Assembly (NCBI GenBank): GCA_046725375.1 | Contig: JBKOYM010000060.1 | Span: 15,120-79,119, forward strand | Origin: Actinomycetota bacterium | Lineage (GTDB): Bacteria > Actinomycetota > Actinomycetes > Propionibacteriales > Nocardioidaceae | Reading direction: 5' to 3' | DNA: 64,000 nucleotides | In this document: piece by piece, positions 58,428-64,000 of the stretch | Position numbering within the stretch: position 1 is the stretch's first letter | Layout of the letters: the number at the start of each line of letters is the position of its first letter | Notes under the pieces: model-generated | What the model was told of the DNA's origin: nothing | Databases searched by the model: none | The model's input: only the letters and a program-made list of their open reading frames with translations | Made by a program: the position numbers and the translations under genes

Positions 58428-59779
58428 ACGGGGAGGCCCGTCGGCCACGTCGGCAGCCGGGAGCGAAGCGCCTGGCGCAGTCGTTCGGCGACGTCGAGTA
58501 CGAGCGCGTCCATGCCCGGTGCGGCCGCGACCTGCAGACCGACGGGGATGCCGTCCTCGTCGAGACCTGCCGGCACCGAGCAGACCGGCAGCCCTGCCAT
58601 GTCGTGGACGACCGTGCACGGCATCGTGACGTCGCGGACCGGCACGTCGCGGCCCTCGACCGCAGCGACGGTCGGCGCTGCGATGGTCGACGGGCCGGCG
58701 GCCGTCGTGGGCTGGACGACCACGTCGACGTCCTCGAACACCGACTCGGTCTGCCGGCGGAGTTCCGTCAGCGCGCGCCTGGCCGACGCGACGTCCTCGG
58801 CCGAGACGGTCTCCGCGCGTTCGAGACGCGACCGGACGTCGGCGCCGTAGTCGTCGGCCCGGTCCGGCCAGGTACGGAGGATGTCGCGATGTACGGCCAG
58901 CGCCTCGGCGCCCTGGACGGTCGAGAACGTGGCGTACGCCTGCGCCGGGTCCGGCCACCCGACCCGCCGGGCGCCGCCGAGCGCCTCGAGACCGGCGTCG
59001 AGTGCGGCCTCGACCGCGGACCCGAGAGGTATCGCCGCGGCGACGTTTGGGGTCCCGACGCGCGGCGACTCGGGCTGGGCCGCGCGCGGCATCCCGAGCG
59101 CGAGGCGTACGTCGCCCACCTCTCGCGCCAGTACGCCGACGTGATCGAACGACGGTGCCAGCGGCAACACCCCGTCGGTCGGCAGCAGACCGTACGTCGG
59201 CTTGAAGCCCACGACGCCGCAAAAGCTGGCCGGGATGCGGACCGAGCCTCCGGTGTCGGTGCCGAGCGCGATCGGCACGCCGCCGTACGCGACAGCCGCC
59301 GCGGAGCCGCCGCTCGATCCACCAGGCACCCGGTCGAGCCGCCACGGGTTGCTGGTGCCGCCGAGCGACTTGTGCTGCGTCGTGATGCCCCAGGCGAGCT
59401 CGTGCGTACGGGTCGTGCCGACGACGACAGCGCCGGCCCCGCGGAGCGACCGTACGACCGGGGCGTCTCGCCCGCCCGTCATGCCGCGGCGGGTGGCGGA
59501 GCATCCGGTGTACGGCAGGCCCTCCACCTCGATCAGCTCCTTGACCGCGATCGGTACGCCGGTCAGCGGTCCGACCTCGTCGCGACGCCGGTAGCGCTCG
59601 GCCTTCTCGGCAGCAGCCGCCCTGGCTCGTACGTCGTCGACCGCGGTGAAGGCGCCAACCGTCGGATCACATGTGCCGATTCGATCGAGGCACGCGTCCA
59701 GCGCCTCGACTGGCGACGCATCGCCCCTGGCGAAGGCAGCGACCAGCCCGGCGACCGACAGCTGCCAGAGATCCGTCAT
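58424..59779 (-). CDS. amidase (amidase-signature family)
   Basis: The internal ATG at 59779 overlaps the upstream stop (ATGA). The AS motif is GGSSGGSAAAVA..GTDTGGSVRIPA. Confidence 0.9.
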   Translation of the reverse strand: MTDLWQLSVAGLVAAFARGDASPVEALDACLDRIGTCDPTVGAFTAVDDVRARAAAAEKAERYRRRDEVGPLTGVPIAVKELIEVEGLPYTGCSATRRGMTGGRDAPVVRSLRGAGAVVVGTTRTHELAWGITTQHKSLGGTSNPWRLDRVPGGSSGGSAAAVAYGGVPIALGTDTGGSVRIPASFCGVVGFKPTYGLLPTDGVLPLAPSFDHVGVLAREVGDVRLALGMPRAAQPESPRVGTPNVAAAIPLGSAVEAALDAGLEALGGARRVGWPDPAQAYATFSTVQGAEALAVHRDILRTWPDRADDYGADVRSRLERAETVSAEDVASARRALTELRRQTESVFEDVDVVVQPTTAAGPSTIAAPTVAAVEGRDVPVRDVTMPCTVVHDMAGLPVCSVPAGLDEDGIPVGLQVAAAPGMDALVLDVAERLRQALRSRLPTWPTGLPV

Positions 59780-60897
59780 CCGTTGCGACCTCTCGCCGCA
59801 ACCCGCCAGGTGTCGACGACCTGGCCGTCCTCGATCACGACGAGATCGTCGTACAGGTTGACGGTGGGACACACATGATTGGGGGCGATGATGACGCGAT
59901 TCCCGACGCGCGGCGATGTTGATCCCGCAGGGATGTCGACGAAGCCGTGATAGTCGTTCATCGTGCGAAGCGGCAGTCCGCGATCGGCCAGCCAGCCGAA
60001 TCCCGGCAGGACCGGGTGGGCGTCCCTCGACACGGCCTTGGCTCCGGCGTCGACGATGACCTGACCGGGTACGGCGGTCGACACGACGGTGGCGGCGACG
60101 AAGAAGGCGGTCGCAGTCGGCGGCACGGCGCCGAGGAAGACCTGCTGCGCGTCATTGAACACGTACGTGCCGGGCCGCTGCTCGGTGACGGGCGCTTGTG
60201 CCGAGAGTTCGGCAGTCGGTGTCGACCCGGCGCTGAGGACCTCGGCTGTGAAGCCGGCGGTATCCAGCTCGTCCCGCGCCCTTGCGAGCGACTCGACTTC
60301 GTCGCGAGCGGCGGCCTCCCTTAGGTCGCCGCCCCGATAGCCATGACCGCCATGGGTGAAGACGCCACGCAGCCGCAGGCCGGCGTCCTCGATCGCCCTC
60401 GCGAGTCGGCTCACGTCGCCGGGTGCTGCGACGCCGGTACGGTGGCCTCCGCAGTCGACCTCGATCATGACCTCAAGCGGCGTGGTAGAGCGGCGCATCG
60501 TACGTGCCAGCGCGGCGATCCCTTCCTCGGAGTCAACGCCCACAGCGATTCGGACGCGGTCATGGAGGTCGCGTATGCGCCTGCCCCGGTGGGTGTCCGC
60601 GAAGACAGGGTAGGCGACGAAGATGTCGTCGATCCCCGCGTCCGCAAAGACTTCGGCCTCGCCGACCGTGCCGACGGTGAGCCCAGTGGCCCCGGCATCG
60701 AGTTGGAGTCGCGCGACTTCGATGCACTTGTGGGTCTTGGCATGTGGCCGCAGGCGTACGCCGGCGTCGTTCATCGTGCCCTGCATGGCCGCGACGTTGG
60801 CGCGTACGATGCCGACGTCGACAATGGCAGCGGGCGTCTCGATGTCGTCGGGGATCGTCGGCGTCGGGATGCGACGGACGGCCGTAGGTGCGGGCAT
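59776..60897 (-). CDS. DSD1 / D-threonine aldolase-like PLP enzyme (alanine racemase N-domain plus D-serine dehydratase-like C-domain)
   Basis: LRPHAKTHKC contains the PLP lysine context. 373 aa. Confidence 0.78.
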   Translation of the reverse strand: MPAPTAVRRIPTPTIPDDIETPAAIVDVGIVRANVAAMQGTMNDAGVRLRPHAKTHKCIEVARLQLDAGATGLTVGTVGEAEVFADAGIDDIFVAYPVFADTHRGRRIRDLHDRVRIAVGVDSEEGIAALARTMRRSTTPLEVMIEVDCGGHRTGVAAPGDVSRLARAIEDAGLRLRGVFTHGGHGYRGGDLREAAARDEVESLARARDELDTAGFTAEVLSAGSTPTAELSAQAPVTEQRPGTYVFNDAQQVFLGAVPPTATAFFVAATVVSTAVPGQVIVDAGAKAVSRDAHPVLPGFGWLADRGLPLRTMNDYHGFVDIPAGSTSPRVGNRVIIAPNHVCPTVNLYDDLVVIEDGQVVDTWRVAARGRNG

Positions 60898-61033
60898 ACG
60901 GCCATCCTCGCGAATCGGCCAACGCTACGGTCAACGCCCACGCCGATGAAGCCCCAAGGATTCTCGAAATCACTTGCCTACAACGAGTTCTGGACCGCAG
61001 GTTCTGTCAGTGGGCCCTGCTAGCTTCGTACAC

Positions 61034-62398
61034 ATGATCGAAGACCGGGCACGTGCGCTGGTCGTCGATATTCAGGCGGCCAGCGAAACCTGGAGTCCTG
61101 CCGAGCGTATCGACGCCATCGGCGAACTCGACGCCGCGATCGCCATGCTGCAGGGTCTGTTGAATGTGGAGGTCGTCGCCTTCGTCGACCAGCGGCGGAT
61201 GTCTGACCGGGCTGCCGGCGTCGGCGCGGGCACAGCTGGGCGTGGGGCACCCGTGGAGATCGCGATGGCTCGCGGTGTGTCGCGCGCGACTGTCGACTAC
61301 CAGTTGGCGTTCGCCCGGCAGCTCGCCGATGATCACCCCGCTCTACTGGCTGCTTGCCTCGACGGACAGATCTCCCAACCGGCTGCGAAAAACATCATCC
61401 ATGCGACTGAGCCGCTGACGTCGGAGCAGCGACGCGCCATCGATGGCGAGTTGGCCGAGCTGGCCTGCACTTTGACCCCAGGGGAGGTTCGCAAGGCCGC
61501 CCATCGCAAGGTCATCGCGACGGATCCCGAAGCCGCGGAGAAGCGAGCCAAGGCAGCGCGAGCCCGCAAGGCGGTCCGAGCGATCATGCACGGAGATGGC
61601 ACTGGCAGCGTGTCTGCGCTGTTGCCCGCAGAAGAGGCGGTGGCTGTCTGGCAGGTGCTGGACCACGAAGCCCGCGGCCGTCGTAGCGAGGGAGACGAGC
61701 GCTCGATCAACGAACTGATGTGTGACCTGCTGGTCGAGCGGATCACCGGCAGATCCCGGGCGACCGATCTCAACCTCGAGGTCGGCGTCGTCATCTCCGT
61801 CACGAGCCTGCTCGGGATCGATGATCAGCCGGCTAAGTTGCTCGGCCACCGTGGTGGCGACTATGGAGTCCTGCCCGCCGGCGTCGCTCGGCAACTCGCC
61901 GGCAGCGAGTCGGCCTGGGCACGCCGGCTCGTCTGCGATCCCGTCGACGGGCGTCTGCTCTTCATGGACCCCACGAGACGCCGTTTCGACGGAGCGCTGC
62001 GCAGGTTCATCGTCTACCGTGACGGCACGAGCCGCCGGCCGTACTCGAGCACGCCGATCTACGAGGTCGACCACATCGATCGCTACGCCGACGGAGGCCC
62101 CACGACCGCCGCCAACGCGCAAGGCCTCGGCAAGTCCGACCACCCAGTGCGCGATCTTCCCGGCTGGGCCGTGGCTGCTATCAACGGCGACGCCGGCGTC
62201 GGTGTCCGTTGGACCACGCCCACCGGGCACGGTTATGAGTCGCGACCGCCGCCGGTTCTCGGGTGGGGGAACACGAAAGAGCGGCGACGACCATCTCGGC
62301 GACAATCGAACGTCCACTGGGCAGCCGTCGAGCTCGACCGCGGTCGCGTACCGATCGAGTACGCGGGCAAACATCACCGGCGGTCGGAGGCGGCGTGA
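61034..62398 (+). CDS. DUF222 / HNH-endonuclease-family protein (REP13E12-like) with degenerate zinc-finger
   Basis: ATG at 61034 (MIEDRARAL..), followed by the DUF222 helical region. The C-terminus, RFIVYRDGTSRRPYSSTPIYEVDHIDRYADGGPTTAANAQGLGKSDHPVRDLPGW, aligns to the HNH core, but all four expected Cys are S/S/G/S. Confidence 0.75.
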   Translation: MIEDRARALVVDIQAASETWSPAERIDAIGELDAAIAMLQGLLNVEVVAFVDQRRMSDRAAGVGAGTAGRGAPVEIAMARGVSRATVDYQLAFARQLADDHPALLAACLDGQISQPAAKNIIHATEPLTSEQRRAIDGELAELACTLTPGEVRKAAHRKVIATDPEAAEKRAKAARARKAVRAIMHGDGTGSVSALLPAEEAVAVWQVLDHEARGRRSEGDERSINELMCDLLVERITGRSRATDLNLEVGVVISVTSLLGIDDQPAKLLGHRGGDYGVLPAGVARQLAGSESAWARRLVCDPVDGRLLFMDPTRRRFDGALRRFIVYRDGTSRRPYSSTPIYEVDHIDRYADGGPTTAANAQGLGKSDHPVRDLPGWAVAAINGDAGVGVRWTTPTGHGYESRPPPVLGWGNTKERRRPSRRQSNVHWAAVELDRGRVPIEYAGKHHRRSEAA

Positions 62399-62536
62399 CG
62401 CTGCGATCCTGCATCAGACCACGTCCGAGGCACTGCTCGACCCTGTGGTTCTACTACGCCGCGACTTTTGTCCGGTGGACGCCTAACGGCACCTAGCACC
62501 TGGACTCCGGCTAGCGCCGAAGCGACGTACGATGCT

Positions 62537-62898
62537 GTGGCGCCGGCGCGGGCTGTGGCCATCGTCGTCGATGACGGCGAGCTCGTCATATTGCGACGCT
62601 GCCCGGAGGCGCGATGAAGCCCGGCGAGTCGGCGACCGATGCGTGCGTACGTGAGCTTCGCGAGGAGTCCGGCCTCGATGGACGTGTCGTCCGCGAGGTC
62701 CTGCCGCTGGACAATCGTGGCCCCAGGGAGCACTGCTTTCGCGCGGCTGCCCAGCGGATGACCCTCCGGGTCGCTGAGCCGGAGGCCTCCCGTACGTCGG
62801 TGACCGACCGCTACCGCCCGATGTGGCTGCCGCTCGCCAAGCTCGCCGACGTCGACCTGCGACCCGACGAGGCGAGACAAGCCGTGATGCCCAGGTAG
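62537..62898 (+). pseudogene. NUDIX hydrolase disrupted by a short frame-shifting deletion
   Basis: Frame 0 from the GTG at 62537 reads VAPARAVAIVVDDGELVILRR and stops at 62615-62617. Frame +2 reads LPGGAMKPGESATDACVRELREESGLD, an intact Nudix box, running to 62898. The segment that normally links them is missing. Confidence 0.6.
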
Positions 62899-62908
62899 GG
62901 CGTTCACT

Positions 62909-64000
62909 TCACCGGGGCAGGGTCTGCTCCCAGCGGCGGCGGGCGACGACCCGCTCGCCGTCGGTGTCGGGCGCCTCGACGGCCTCGAGCTCGAGCGCCA
63001 CCTCGTAGTCGGTGGCGCCGACCCGCAGATCCAGTCGGGACCGCGTCTCGACCGTCCCCTCCGGCCAAGCCAGCCGGAAGCGTACCTCGCCGTCCGCTCG
63101 CTGCTCGAAGGTTCGGGTGTCGACGACGACGCGACCGCGGTAGTGCTCGGTCGCCTCGCCGTCGCCTGGCACCTCGTAGGTCGAGCCGTGGTCGACGACA
63201 CAAGCGGTCTCGCGGCGCAGCACATCGCGCTCGATCCGCCAGACGATGCCCGGTCCGTCGTCGGTGGCGGCGCCGCCGGGTGCGAGGTCGGGCGGCTCGT
63301 AAGGCGACGGCCCCGTCCAGGTCGGAAGAACGAGCTGGCCGCCGTGCACCGTGATCGTCACCGGTTCGGGCGGTGCCACGGTGTTGGGCCAGTCGGCGCC
63401 CGCGATCGACAGGCGCAGCCGCTGACCGGGAGCGAAGGAATACGCGCAGGCGTCGAGCGGCAGCGTGATGTCGTACGGCTGGTCCGGGTCCAACGGCGTC
63501 GGCGACGTCCTCGACGTACGAAACGCCAGATCCAGCGAGCCACGGGACACCAGCGCGGACGTGCCGTCGCCGAACACGTCGCACAGCTTCGCCGAGACGT
63601 ACGCCGCGGGCCGATCGGCACTGATTCGCAGCCGTACCTCGGACTGGCCAAGAAGCGCCAAGCCGTCGGCGTCCCACTCCCATGTCATCGATGCGGCGTC
63701 GTCGAACCGCTGGTCGCTGCTCTGGCCCCAGGGCAGGTGTCCGGCGCAGTCGATCCACGCGTCGATGCCGGTGTCCGGCTGTACGACGTACGGCGCGCGG
63801 CCGTCGAGGCGCAGCACGTGCGGCCGTACTCGCGGCGACGGCCACTCCTCGCGCACCCACTGTCCCTCGTGGGTGTCGAGGTCGGGCGCGGGTCGGGTCG
63901 ACGACCGTACGAATGCCGTCACGGCCGGCGCCGAGAGCCCGTCGTCGACTGCCGTATCGCGTCCGCGCAGCCACCGGTCCCACCACGCCGCCATCTCGGC
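62909..64000 (-). CDS. CocE/NonD family hydrolase, C-terminal domain (5' end beyond the window)
   Basis: Open to the right edge. WWDRWLRG.., the LCDV..DGTSALVSRG stretch and PGQRLRLSIAGADWP are typical of the X-Pro dipeptidyl-peptidase C-terminal beta-sandwich. Confidence 0.8.
   Translation of the reverse strand, partial: AEMAAWWDRWLRGRDTAVDDGLSAPAVTAFVRSSTRPAPDLDTHEGQWVREEWPSPRVRPHVLRLDGRAPYVVQPDTGIDAWIDCAGHLPWGQSSDQRFDDAASMTWEWDADGLALLGQSEVRLRISADRPAAYVSAKLCDVFGDGTSALVSRGSLDLAFRTSRTSPTPLDPDQPYDITLPLDACAYSFAPGQRLRLSIAGADWPNTVAPPEPVTITVHGGQLVLPTWTGPSPYEPPDLAPGGAATDDGPGIVWRIERDVLRRETACVVDHGSTYEVPGDGEATEHYRGRVVVDTRTFEQRADGEVRFRLAWPEGTVETRSRLDLRVGATDYEVALELEAVEAPDTDGERVVARRRWEQTLPR

Noticed and set aside
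57294-59504. 736-aa ORF spanning the second Rieske gene (antisense) and the amidase (out of frame)
   Set aside because: It is extremely Arg/Pro/Gly-rich with no motifs. It conflicts with two genes that carry clear catalytic signatures.
60974-61033. 20-codon N-terminal extension of the DUF222/HNH ORF
   Set aside because: Family members start near the MIEDRARAL-type helix. The extension has no supporting signal, although it cannot be fully excluded.
60898-62536. HNH gene as an identifiable mobile element with termini
   Set aside because: I found no terminal inverted or direct repeats, integrase, transposase or tRNA target flanking it, so it is reported only as a CDS.

Overview
High-GC (about 70%) actinobacterial chromosomal DNA, densely coding on both strands. 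No rRNA, tRNA, CRISPR array, IS element, integrase or prophage is visible. Product names come from motifs I recognise in the supplied translations; no searches were run.

Gene content, left to right:
- 171-9438: a conserved actinobacterial core block. It contains ferrochelatase, an IMPase-family protein, DUF4193, DUF4235, DUF3093, dut, DUF3710, an OB-fold protein, DUF3159, two trkA genes and an APC permease. From memory this matches the order of M. tuberculosis Rv2690c-Rv2701c.
- 9447-17274: a complete kdpFABC-kdpDE potassium pump operon, preceded by an unlisted 50-codon membrane ORF and four phased direct repeats.
- 17401-19187: a DrrAB-like ABC-2 exporter.
- 20626-23433: aconitase, with an AT-rich triple half-site leader.
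- 23446-24665: tandem TauE/SafE paralogs, one carrying an in-frame deletion.
- 24876-28728: a translationally coupled trio of RecQ-like helicase, flavin-reductase-like protein and YcaQ/AlkZ-like glycosylase.
- 28959-31924: HIT protein, GNAT acetyltransferase and dxs.
- 31945-34284: a decayed patch with an amino-acid permease pseudogene and an ECF sigma factor carrying an in-frame TAG.
- 34510-42654: BBE-type FAD oxidase, AlkD-like repair protein, PAC2, tesB, a PadR/ABC/FtsX module and an SDR epimerase.
- 42770-48449: a thiolase remnant, TetR regulator, ATP-dependent DNA ligase and oligopeptidase B.
- 48500-60897: a 12-kb catabolic island. It has a Dpp-type peptide ABC importer, two Rieske oxygenases, a SolA-like amine oxidase, TetR, an amidase and a DSD1-type PLP enzyme.
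- 61034-64000: a DUF222/HNH gene whose zinc cysteines are all replaced, a broken NUDIX gene and a partial CocE/NonD hydrolase.

Most notable non-genic signals:
- A tandem array of ten 22-bp units plus two inverted partial units fills one convergent intergenic gap.
- A 46-50 bp palindromic REP-like element is present twice.
- Four convergent gene pairs share a CTAG double stop.
- At least seven independent gene-inactivating lesions are present.

I did not recognise a canonical defence or mobile system. The best candidates for something undescribed are the RecQ/flavin-reductase/YcaQ operon, the reductase-less Rieske/SolA/amidase/peptide-uptake island, the kdp leader ORF and the repeat elements.
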